Source of the DNA: Elusimicrobiota bacterium
GTDB taxonomy: Bacteria; Elusimicrobiota; Elusimicrobia; F11
NCBI GenBank assembly: GCA_003140895.1
Contig: PLLH01000035.1
Coordinates: 1 to 59,328, forward strand
DNA length: 59,328 nucleotides
Reading direction: 5' to 3'
A program made the translations under genes and the position numbers. Within the stretch, counting starts at the first letter, position 1. Every line of letters begins with the position of its first letter. Positions 28,717 through 37,490 of the stretch are shown in pieces. Below the pieces are notes generated by a model. It did not search any database. It saw nothing but the letters and a program-made list of their open reading frames with translations, and was not told the DNA's origin.

Positions 28717-31700
28717 TTAGTCCGATAGCCGCTTATAATATTTCTGAATAATTTGCTCATACGCCTTGGGGTATTTTTCCTTTAACGCTTCCAATAACTC
28801 TTCACGAAATTCCCGAGGAGGACGATAATCCTCTAGACGAGGCAATTTGACGGGACCTTGATCCAACCCCTGGCCATTGCGAGAAGATCCCCTCCAAATC
28901 ACTTTGGGGCCCCCCAACGCCCCCCCCGCCCCGCCTTTTCGGCGCATCGACATTCCGCCCATTTGGTTCTGAGCCTCTCCCAGCGCATCCTGAGTATTTT
29001 GAAGATGCCGCAACGCGTTCTCTTCCGACGATTGCGCCTCATGACTTTCGAAAGAACCCAGATGGCGGCTGGCCTTGTCCATCTCTCCTTTGGCGTTCGA
29101 GAGAGATTGTGTCATGGAGATTCCCAAGCTGGCTGTTTTTTGCGACAAGGCCTGAAGGTTCTTCTTTAAGGCGGCGGTCCTTTTGGAGAGATCTGTTTGT
29201 TTATTCTCAAGCCCCGGGAACGCGCCGAGATCTCCTGATGAAAAGAGCCCCTTGGGAGGAGGGGACTTGCGCAACAGCTCCAAAATCTCACGTTCGTCTT
29301 TCTCCAACGACTCCGCCTCAGGCTGAAGGGACACCGGCGCGCTGGACGCTTTAATGCCATCGGAGGCCAACCCCATCTGCCGCACCACGCCTTCCAACAC
29401 ACCCACGCCCTCCTTGAGTCTGCCCGTCTCCATTTCATGCAAAACACCCTGCAGTGGGGCGATCTGATTGCGCAAAAGAGCGGCCGGCCCCGCGGGCACC
29501 GCGGGTTTGTTGGCAAACGAGTGCGTTCGTTCAATTAAACGCGCCTGGCGCTTCGCCAGCTGCCCCAAAAGAGTTTCCTGCTCTTTCATGAGAGCCGATA
29601 AGCGGCGCGTCTCCAGTTCCTGCGTCTTCGAAAGAAGCGTCCGTTCCTCGTCGATCACCGCGTTTAATTCCGCCTCTTGCTCCGTTATTTTTTTCGACAA
29701 TTCGCTGGCGGAGTTTTCCTCAACAAAGGAATCGTACGCTTTGGAAAGCTGGCTCTTCATTTTTTTGGCGGCTTCCAGAAATTTTTGCGCGAGCGAAAGC
29801 GCCTTTTTTGTGTCCCCCTGTTTCAGGGCCTCGGCAATCTGAGACAGAACGTCTTGCGACTCCTGAAGATTCAACGTCTTAACTCCCTCCTGATTGATGA
29901 AGTCGTCGGGCAACTCTTGAGGCATCTGCTGAACGGCGCGCGCCATGTCGGCCAACGTCCGTTGGGCTTCATTGATGAGATCGTTAATTTTGGCCATCAC
30001 GTCTTTGTTTTTGAGATCGGGCGCCGCGCTGAATTCCTTTAAGAGCTGTTCTCCAGCCTCTTGAAGCCGATCTCCCGCCTCAACCACATCCCGCGCTTTC
30101 TGATCTTTGCTCAACTTATGGGAAAGGGCCACCATTCGTTCAAGTTCAGACGACACGTCGGACAAATGAAACGAAGCCGCGGCCTTGTTGTCGGTCTGAA
30201 ACGCCGCTTCGGAATATTTCATGGGCCCCGCGTTCATGGCGGACAAATTCCCCTGAATGGACTTATGCTCCAACCAGACGCCGTAATCGGCCATCGGATC
30301 TTTTTCCATTTGGTTGACAAGGCGTTGAAGACTTTTTTCGAGGCCAAGGGAGTCGGACATCGCTTTATTGAGCGGCTCCATGAGGGAACGCAAGGAGGCG
30401 GAAGACGAATCCACGGACGCTTTGAGCGTGTTCACGTCCGCCAACAGATCCACGGCTTTTCCCCGCCACTCTTCCAGAACGGACTCCAACGCCGCGTGCG
30501 TTTTCTCAAAGCTCGCGATCTCGATCAGTCGCCAGGGGGTAAGGCTCTTGCCCGGGCCAGTCACGACATTCGCGTCGACCGCTTCCAAACGAATCTGAAT
30601 CACATCTCCCGGGCGAAATTTTTCTCCGCCCAAATCCCACTCAACCGTGGAAAGAACGGTTTCCCTGGGCGGATCAAAAAAGGCCACTTGCTTGGAACCA
30701 GAGAGCCCCCCGGATTTTTCCCACATAAGACGAACTTCAGAGACCCCGTAATCATCGGAGGCGTCAAACGTCAGCGGAAGCTTTTCTTTGTCCCCCACAA
30801 TCACATCATCGCTCGGAGACAACAGATGAATCACCGGCGGGCTGTCGGCTTGAACGTGAATCGGAAATTCCCCCACGCCAAGACCCGGGCGCCCGTTCTG
30901 CAAGTCCAAGGCGAACCGATACGTCCCGCTTTTCTCCAGCAAGAACGCCACATCCACGCTATTGTTTGATACGGTTCCCAACCGTTCCCGGCCGTCGGAA
31001 AATTGAACCAGCGCCTTGGCGACCGGCATTGAAAAATCAAGCGTCATGTGAACCTGTGTTCCCGCCAATCCGGATAATTCGAGCGACGACTGATGAGAAG
31101 CCGCCTTTTTCAGATAGGACGGCGGCGTTACAATCAATTCCGCCTTTTTCAATTGAAGGGGCTTCATCGGTCGAAGCACATATCGCGGGCTCCACTCTTT
31201 TTTCCATCTCACCTTGTAGCTGACCGGTTCAACGAGATTTCTAAGACGGAAAAAAGAATGATTCGCCGAAACAGACTCGGGCTCAAAAACCGTCCAATCA
31301 CGATGAGCTTTGATGGCCAGCTGCGGTCTCTCGATGGACGGGCAAAGAAGAGTCACTTGAATGACGGCGTCTTGCCCCCATTCCACGTTGGCGCTCCCGG
31401 GATTGACCCTTAAACAGGATTCAAGTGGACTCGTTGAAAACGGAAAATAAATCCGGGGGGTGAGTGGAAACACGTGAGGAAACGCGGCCCACAACGAACC
31501 GGCCACAATCACAACGAGACTATTAACAGCCAACGCCCTCCGCCACATCCACCGAGGACAACACGCCCACGGACGTTGCTGTTTAACGGTCGAGGCCGCC
31601 TCTCGCAGATACTCTTCGCGCAAACCGGAGGAGAGACCGGGGCGCTCTGTCTGAGAAGACAATTGAACCGCTAAAAACAGCGTATCTCGACGAAGAAGTT

Positions 31701-32001
31701 CGCCAGACCCCTGTTCTCTGGATCTGTTACGCCAGAGATTTTTCGATTGTTCCTTTATAGAAAACAACGTGAGCGGCAAGAACGCATGGAGAGCGAGGGC
31801 CCCGGCCAAAAGAAGCATTGCGATCCAGACGGTTTCCCTCACCCAGGACTCCATCACAAGCCATTGATCGAAACCGCTGAGGAGAAGGCAGGAACTCACC
31901 AGAAGAGGTATCGCGCGCGACATCCCCTTGAACAACAAGGACAGGAAAACGCAAAGCCTCGCTTTCCGCAGAAAGAGACGGATTTCAGGAATCGCGTTCA
32001 C
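28717..32001 (-). CDS. Large envelope protein, DUF4175-like architecture
   Basis: N-terminal TM helices, a central beta-rich region (...DASDDYGVSEVRLMW...), a long Q/L/A/E-rich helical C-terminal half, and the tail ...YEQIIQKYYKRLSD. The track start 32043 is GTG. GTG 32001 forms a GTGA overlap with the upstream stop, and ATG 31923 is another option. Confidence 0.65.
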   Translation of the reverse strand: MNAIPEIRLFLRKARLCVFLSLLFKGMSRAIPLLVSSCLLLSGFDQWLVMESWVRETVWIAMLLLAGALALHAFLPLTLFSIKEQSKNLWRNRSREQGSGELLRRDTLFLAVQLSSQTERPGLSSGLREEYLREAASTVKQQRPWACCPRWMWRRALAVNSLVVIVAGSLWAAFPHVFPLTPRIYFPFSTSPLESCLRVNPGSANVEWGQDAVIQVTLLCPSIERPQLAIKAHRDWTVFEPESVSANHSFFRLRNLVEPVSYKVRWKKEWSPRYVLRPMKPLQLKKAELIVTPPSYLKKAASHQSSLELSGLAGTQVHMTLDFSMPVAKALVQFSDGRERLGTVSNNSVDVAFLLEKSGTYRFALDLQNGRPGLGVGEFPIHVQADSPPVIHLLSPSDDVIVGDKEKLPLTFDASDDYGVSEVRLMWEKSGGLSGSKQVAFFDPPRETVLSTVEWDLGGEKFRPGDVIQIRLEAVDANVVTGPGKSLTPWRLIEIASFEKTHAALESVLEEWRGKAVDLLADVNTLKASVDSSSASLRSLMEPLNKAMSDSLGLEKSLQRLVNQMEKDPMADYGVWLEHKSIQGNLSAMNAGPMKYSEAAFQTDNKAAASFHLSDVSSELERMVALSHKLSKDQKARDVVEAGDRLQEAGEQLLKEFSAAPDLKNKDVMAKINDLINEAQRTLADMARAVQQMPQELPDDFINQEGVKTLNLQESQDVLSQIAEALKQGDTKKALSLAQKFLEAAKKMKSQLSKAYDSFVEENSASELSKKITEQEAELNAVIDEERTLLSKTQELETRRLSALMKEQETLLGQLAKRQARLIERTHSFANKPAVPAGPAALLRNQIAPLQGVLHEMETGRLKEGVGVLEGVVRQMGLASDGIKASSAPVSLQPEAESLEKDEREILELLRKSPPPKGLFSSGDLGAFPGLENKQTDLSKRTAALKKNLQALSQKTASLGISMTQSLSNAKGEMDKASRHLGSFESHEAQSSEENALRHLQNTQDALGEAQNQMGGMSMRRKGGAGGALGGPKVIWRGSSRNGQGLDQGPVKLPRLEDYRPPREFREELLEALKEKYPKAYEQIIQKYYKRLSD

Positions 32002-33674
32002 GAACCCCCGGCTTTCCCGGAGGGAGAGCGAGCCGGCGCCCACCTTTTAAGGATCTCGGGATGATCGGAAAAATCATAGACGAAAATACTGTATCCAATC
32101 ACCTTCCACGGTTTATAGTCCTTTAACCACGCGTACACATCTTTCCGCGTGTAATACGTCGACTGAAGGTGCGTTGCCGAAATGGCGAATTTGGTCGGTT
32201 GAAAACGCGGATCAGCCCGATCGTCCTCCCGGCCGCCAATCGGAATCGGGCCTAAATCCATATAGCGAATCCCATAGGCGTGAGGGTCTCCGACGCCAAA
32301 ATAACACAAGTAAATCCCTTTCTCGATATCCGACGGTTCCAACGCCTGCTTAAGCAATTTAAGTCCCTGCCCCCAATCGAGATTAGAATCCGTTAAATAA
32401 CGGACTCCGTTTCGAGGACCGCCCACGGCTTCGTTGAAGTAGGCGATGTAATGAGGTTTGACGGAAACACACGCAACGATCGACCAGCCGATAAGAAGTC
32501 CGCCCACCCAAATAAACCGGTTTGACAATTTGGAAAGTCCCACCGCGGCCGCCACAAATAGAAAGGGATAGACCGCCAAGATGTGCCGATGCCCAATCTG
32601 AACGGTGGACGCGCACGCCAAACAAAAGAAAACGAGGGGCGGAATACAAAGAAACGGGGACAGCACTATCTTTTTTTTGATGAACATCGCCAGTGAAATC
32701 CCCAAACCGATAAGGAGTGGAATCGGTGTTTTAATTAAAAAGACCGCCGGGAAATAGCCCAGCCATCCTGTGACCCGGTGATCTCCAAAGAAAAAGCTGC
32801 CGCGGCCCCGTTGATTCCGGAACATGGCTTCCTTCAATCCTTCCCAATAGATCGATAAATTTCCAAACCCATAAACAAACCACAACGTCAGAAAAGCGAC
32901 GGACACAAGACACAGAAAAGAGATTTGCTTCTTTCGTTCCATGAGAAAGGGCTCAGCCAAAAAGCGCTCTCCGTGACGAACCCGGCGGAGCCCCCTCCAT
33001 AAGAGAAGGGCTAGAACGGAGGGAAGAATGGCCACAGACATATGTTTACTGGCCAGACAAAGCCCCAATGAAATCCCCGCCAAAGCGGCGATCAAAAAGC
33101 TTTCTCCCAGAACCGAACACAACATAAAAAACGCCGAGAAGAATAAAGCGAACGCAAAGTCCGTCGTCACAACGGTGCCGTTGGCCAGAATAATCGGCGA
33201 AAAGCACCAGAAGACAAGAGCGTAGAGCGCCGCCTTCCCGCCGGCGGATTTCCTTACAAACCAGAAAAGAAAGCCCCCCATCAGCAGAGACAAGAGAAGC
33301 TGCATCAAACGTCCAGCGGTCAACAACGTGTCCGCGGACACATGGTTGTGATACAGAAAGCGATCCGCGAACGTATATTGATCCAGAGCGTTCCATTCCT
33401 GACGTACCCAAGCCGCGTCATTGATCGGAAGGCTTGAAGGGAGGACCAAGAGGGGAAGAGCCGCCCACATCTCGGCAAACGGCGGATGATGAAATCCGGC
33501 GAATCGAAAATCTCCTGTTTTGAGATAAATGGCGCCGGCGGTCAAATGAACCGGTTCATCGTATGTCGGCGAAAAAACCCGGATCGGTTCCAACGCCAAA
33601 AGAACATGAATCAGGCACAATCCGCCGGCAACGACAAAAAGAAGTCTTGTTTTTTGTTTTTTAATGTCTCGCAT
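31998..33674 (-). CDS. GT-C fold glycosyltransferase, PMT/ArnT (family 39/83)-like, paralog 2
   Basis: 558 aa. First-loop motif YDEPVHLTAG, at least 10 hydrophobic helices, and a C-terminal soluble domain with YLTDSNLDWGQGLKLLKQAL. Confidence 0.7.
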   Translation of the reverse strand: MRDIKKQKTRLLFVVAGGLCLIHVLLALEPIRVFSPTYDEPVHLTAGAIYLKTGDFRFAGFHHPPFAEMWAALPLLVLPSSLPINDAAWVRQEWNALDQYTFADRFLYHNHVSADTLLTAGRLMQLLLSLLMGGFLFWFVRKSAGGKAALYALVFWCFSPIILANGTVVTTDFAFALFFSAFFMLCSVLGESFLIAALAGISLGLCLASKHMSVAILPSVLALLLWRGLRRVRHGERFLAEPFLMERKKQISFLCLVSVAFLTLWFVYGFGNLSIYWEGLKEAMFRNQRGRGSFFFGDHRVTGWLGYFPAVFLIKTPIPLLIGLGISLAMFIKKKIVLSPFLCIPPLVFFCLACASTVQIGHRHILAVYPFLFVAAAVGLSKLSNRFIWVGGLLIGWSIVACVSVKPHYIAYFNEAVGGPRNGVRYLTDSNLDWGQGLKLLKQALEPSDIEKGIYLCYFGVGDPHAYGIRYMDLGPIPIGGREDDRADPRFQPTKFAISATHLQSTYYTRKDVYAWLKDYKPWKVIGYSIFVYDFSDHPEILKRWAPARSPSGKAGGS

Positions 33675-33678
33675 GGCG

Positions 33679-35340
33679 TTAGGAGGGCCTTCTCATGGAT
33701 TCCAGGGCTTCCAGAGCGCCCGGTTGATTGGAAAAGTCGTACACAAAAATGCTCTCTCCGACGACGCGTATGGGTTTAAACTCGCTTAACCAACGAAACG
33801 CGTCTTTATCCTCAAAGTACGTGCCCTGCAGGTTCGTGATCGAAATGGCCAATGTCGTGGGCTTCACGGAAGGGTTGCCGGTGTCGTCCCGATGTCCGGC
33901 GATGACGTCGGACCCCACATCCAAATACGTGATTCCCTCTGCGTGCGGATCGGCCACGCCGAAATAACTCAGATAAATCCCCCGGCTCACGTCCTCGTCG
34001 CTCAACTCGCGCCTCAACAACTTAAGTCCTTGCCCCCAATCCACGTTGGAATCGGTTAAATAACGGTATCCGTTCTTGGGACCGCCGACGAATTCATTGA
34101 AATAGGCGATAAAATGCGGTCGCACAAGAATTGTTCCGGCGGCATTCCAGAGAAGAAAACAGGGAACAAGCCACTTAAGTCTCCCGGTGATCGCTCCAAA
34201 CCCGAGACCCGCCAACACAATCACAAAAGGATAGATGGCCAAAATGTGCCGGTGGCCGATTTGAACTTTTGAAATGCACGCCAGAAGAAAATAGACCAGC
34301 GGCGGGATCCAAAGAGCGGCTGGAACCGATATCTTCTTCCTCATCATCAAGACAATTCCGACGACACACCCCGTCAAAAGTGGAATGGGCGTTTTGACTA
34401 AAAACGTAAATGGAAAATAGAGAAACCATCCGTTCACCCCATGGCGGCCCGCGAAGAAACTCGAACGGCCCGCTTGAGACCGAGTAAAAACGTTTTTGAG
34501 ACCGTCCCAAAACACATCCATTGAGCCCCATTGAAAAACACTTTTGACCGTCAGAAAGGCAACGAGGCAAACAACAACAGCGTACAGATAATTGATTTTT
34601 CGAAACGTTTTCTTTTGAACGACGACGTCCCAAAAAAGGACGGCCGCCAGACAAGGGAAGACTGCCACCGCCAAATATTTACTCGCCACGCAAAGTCCCA
34701 AACTAATGCCTGATCCCACAACGGTTCCCCACCCCCGTGTGAGGCCGCTCAAAAAAACAAAAAAGGAAAAGAAAAAGCAGGCAAAGGCGAGGTCGGTTGA
34801 AACGATTGTCCCGTGCGTCAAGAATGTCGGAGAAAACCCCCATAACACAAGAGTCACAAGAGCGGGAATCAGACCTCCCATCCGAAACGCCACCCAGACA
34901 AGAAAGAACCCCAAAAGGACGGAGAGAAGAAGCTGCATTTTCCGAGCGGCAGCCAACATCGCATCGGCAGGAACGCGGTTGTGATAGAAAAAAAGATCCG
35001 CGAACCGGTATTGATCAATAGAACGCCACCGTTGAGCGGTCCACCGCGGATCATTTTTAGGAATAATGGGATTCAAAAAAATCAACGGGATAGCGGCCCA
35101 CATTTCTCCAAAGGGTGGATGATCATATCCGTTGAATCTTGTCTCACCCGTCTTCCAGGCCACCAATCCCGCGGTCAGATGGACGGGTTCATCATAGGTC
35201 GGAGAAAAAGTTCGAATGGGCCCCAACCCCAACATCACATGGATGGCGGAGACTCCCATCGCCGCCAACAACAGGAGAGTTAAATGAACACGATTTTTTT
35301 GGAGGACCGGCGGAATTTGAACGGTGGATGAAAGCTTCAT
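33679..35340 (-). CDS. GT-C fold glycosyltransferase, PMT/ArnT (family 39/83)-like, paralog 1
   Basis: 553 aa, collinear with the neighbouring paralog (YDEPVHLTAG; YLTDSNVDWGQGLKLLRREL). ATGA overlap with the upstream stop. Confidence 0.7.
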   Translation of the reverse strand: MKLSSTVQIPPVLQKNRVHLTLLLLAAMGVSAIHVMLGLGPIRTFSPTYDEPVHLTAGLVAWKTGETRFNGYDHPPFGEMWAAIPLIFLNPIIPKNDPRWTAQRWRSIDQYRFADLFFYHNRVPADAMLAAARKMQLLLSVLLGFFLVWVAFRMGGLIPALVTLVLWGFSPTFLTHGTIVSTDLAFACFFFSFFVFLSGLTRGWGTVVGSGISLGLCVASKYLAVAVFPCLAAVLFWDVVVQKKTFRKINYLYAVVVCLVAFLTVKSVFQWGSMDVFWDGLKNVFTRSQAGRSSFFAGRHGVNGWFLYFPFTFLVKTPIPLLTGCVVGIVLMMRKKISVPAALWIPPLVYFLLACISKVQIGHRHILAIYPFVIVLAGLGFGAITGRLKWLVPCFLLWNAAGTILVRPHFIAYFNEFVGGPKNGYRYLTDSNVDWGQGLKLLRRELSDEDVSRGIYLSYFGVADPHAEGITYLDVGSDVIAGHRDDTGNPSVKPTTLAISITNLQGTYFEDKDAFRWLSEFKPIRVVGESIFVYDFSNQPGALEALESMRRPS

Positions 35341-37490
35341 CGGGATTTCACTTTTGCGAGCGCCGCGTCCAGGTAATGCCGGGCTTCATTCATATGGGGA
35401 TTGAGCTGAACGGCCCGGCGCAGATGCTCCACCGCCAAGACCCAATCCCGGCCCCAAAAGGTCACGGCCAAATTGTATTCGGCTTGCGCCGTCGGGATAA
35501 CCCCAATTGAATTTTGATACGCCGTGCGAGCCGCGTCCAGCGCGCCTGTCTTCTCATAAGAAGCGCCTAAAAATAAATAGGCGTTAGCGAGATCCGACTT
35601 GAGTCCGTCGACGACATCCGGCAAACTCTTGAAGTCTTCAGCTAACTCCAGCATTCGCAGCCCCTTACGAATGGCGATCTGCTCCGCCGCCACCCCGTCG
35701 TTGTATCGCCCCTCAAGAAAATACATATATCCCCGGTCCGAGGCCGGGCGGAAAAACGTGGGATCCAAACACTCCGCTCGCTTAAAATACCAGTCGGCCG
35801 CGTCGAATTTTTTCTCCATCATCAACTCATATCCCATCCGTTGATGGGCCCGGGCGGCGTCGCCGATCAAATCGGTGGAGAAGAAGTCCGACGTTTCTCC
35901 GTAATGGCCTCCGCCCCGATACAGGCAAAGGTCCGGCAATATCAACTCGCGTCCCGGCCCGCCGGCGTCATTGGCCGCAATGATCTCGGTCACCATTCCC
36001 CGCGTGGAAAATTTGAGACCGGGGAGTAACGCCAATTCGGACTCATGCCCCACCACAAGGGCTCGAGAGCCAACGGCCCGTTTCATCAAAGGCCAGCCTT
36101 CCGCTGTTTTCACTTCCTGCTCCGGACAAGCGGCGGTTCCCCACCGTTTTTTCATCTCCCAGTACCAGGGACTGCCGGAGAGGCCGGAGGAAATCAGGGA
36201 AATATCAGGGCGGCGCCGCTCCACCAATTGCGCTTCCCATAAGGCAAACAACTGGACATCCTTATGGAAGACCACAACGGCGTTTCGCGGAGCGCTCCGA
36301 AACACATTTTCGACATAATCCCGAAGATAAAAATTATCTCGCTTGTCGGCCCGGGAATACCCCCACATGCTGTTTGAGAAAAATAAGAACGCAAGGCACA
36401 CAGCAGCAATCCGTTTCCAACGGATCCATCCCATAAACCACTGAAGGCCGAAACCGATGGCGATGGCGCACATTAAATCCGGAAGCGGATACGCCGCTTC
36501 AACGATGGCCAGCGCGTGAGGGTTGGGAGGCATGTTGGCCAAGAAAAGGAACAGCGGGCCGGTGACGACCAAAATCCCCCCCAGAAAAACCGTCAGCGCT
36601 CGATCTCGTTTGTATAAATGCCACGCTCCAATACCCATGGCGAGGCACCCCCACAGGCCAAACGCCTTAAACAGATGAGTGGCGTAAAGACGCATATTCA
36701 CGGGAAAGTTTTCGCCCCGTTGATACGAAAGAGACAGAAGGTCCAGCGTCCCGCTGTAACTCTTTCGCGTCATGGAATTGATCACCGCCAATAAGGTGTC
36801 GGGATTCCCCCAATCAATAACGGGATTTTGGCGCGAACGGATCAGAAGATAAGAAAACACACACAAGCCGATAAAGAAAAAGAGCGTTGAAACCCCGAAA
36901 CGGATCTCCGATTTGCGTGTCATCCAAAAGGTGAGGAGGAGAATCGGAATCACCAGCATGAGATCCATCCGGATCCCCAGCCCCAACGCCAACAAAAACC
37001 CGATGAACGGCACTTTCTGTTTGGATAAGACAGCCCAGAGAACGAAACAAAACCAGAAGATCCCGAAGGTGTACATTTCCGACACCGTCGCGAGTTCCCA
37101 GAAGGGATTGGAAAAACCAAACGCGACGGCGGCGATCAAAGAAGGAAGCGGGTCCAAAACTCGAAGAAGCCCATAAAAAAGGAAAACGAGAGCCAACGCC
37201 GCGCAGAAGGCGGAAAAAAGATTGGTTCGATAAGCCACATTCCCCAGAGGGATCCAAGTCGCCACGTGCCCCACCAACGTGTACACGGGATAGCCCGGTG
37301 GATGAGCGACGCTTAGGGTCGTAAGAAGTGACACCATTTCACCCGAATCCCTGTACGGCGCCACATGAGGCGCGGCCGTGTGCAGATAGAGGGCGAAGAA
37401 CCCCATGAACAAAAAGAAGCCGAGCCCGCTGTTCAAGAGCGAGGCTCCGCTTGTGGAAACGATGGACTGCTGGTTTTTATTTAATTCCAT
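35337..37490 (-). CDS. DUF2723 (TMEM260-like) GT-C membrane protein with C-terminal TPR domain
   Basis: The N-terminal motif ...APYRDSGEMVSLLTTLSVAHPPGYPVYTL... is typical of DUF2723. Polytopic. The C-terminal ~200 aa are TPR-like. Confidence 0.7.
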   Translation of the reverse strand: MELNKNQQSIVSTSGASLLNSGLGFFLFMGFFALYLHTAAPHVAPYRDSGEMVSLLTTLSVAHPPGYPVYTLVGHVATWIPLGNVAYRTNLFSAFCAALALVFLFYGLLRVLDPLPSLIAAVAFGFSNPFWELATVSEMYTFGIFWFCFVLWAVLSKQKVPFIGFLLALGLGIRMDLMLVIPILLLTFWMTRKSEIRFGVSTLFFFIGLCVFSYLLIRSRQNPVIDWGNPDTLLAVINSMTRKSYSGTLDLLSLSYQRGENFPVNMRLYATHLFKAFGLWGCLAMGIGAWHLYKRDRALTVFLGGILVVTGPLFLFLANMPPNPHALAIVEAAYPLPDLMCAIAIGFGLQWFMGWIRWKRIAAVCLAFLFFSNSMWGYSRADKRDNFYLRDYVENVFRSAPRNAVVVFHKDVQLFALWEAQLVERRRPDISLISSGLSGSPWYWEMKKRWGTAACPEQEVKTAEGWPLMKRAVGSRALVVGHESELALLPGLKFSTRGMVTEIIAANDAGGPGRELILPDLCLYRGGGHYGETSDFFSTDLIGDAARAHQRMGYELMMEKKFDAADWYFKRAECLDPTFFRPASDRGYMYFLEGRYNDGVAAEQIAIRKGLRMLELAEDFKSLPDVVDGLKSDLANAYLFLGASYEKTGALDAARTAYQNSIGVIPTAQAEYNLAVTFWGRDWVLAVEHLRRAVQLNPHMNEARHYLDAALAKVKSR

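Noticed and set aside
30061-30969. 302-aa plus-strand ORF opposite the DUF4175-like gene
   Set aside because: It is a shadow ORF with Arg/Gly/His-rich low-information sequence. The opposite strand carries a coherent 1,108-aa protein in operon context.
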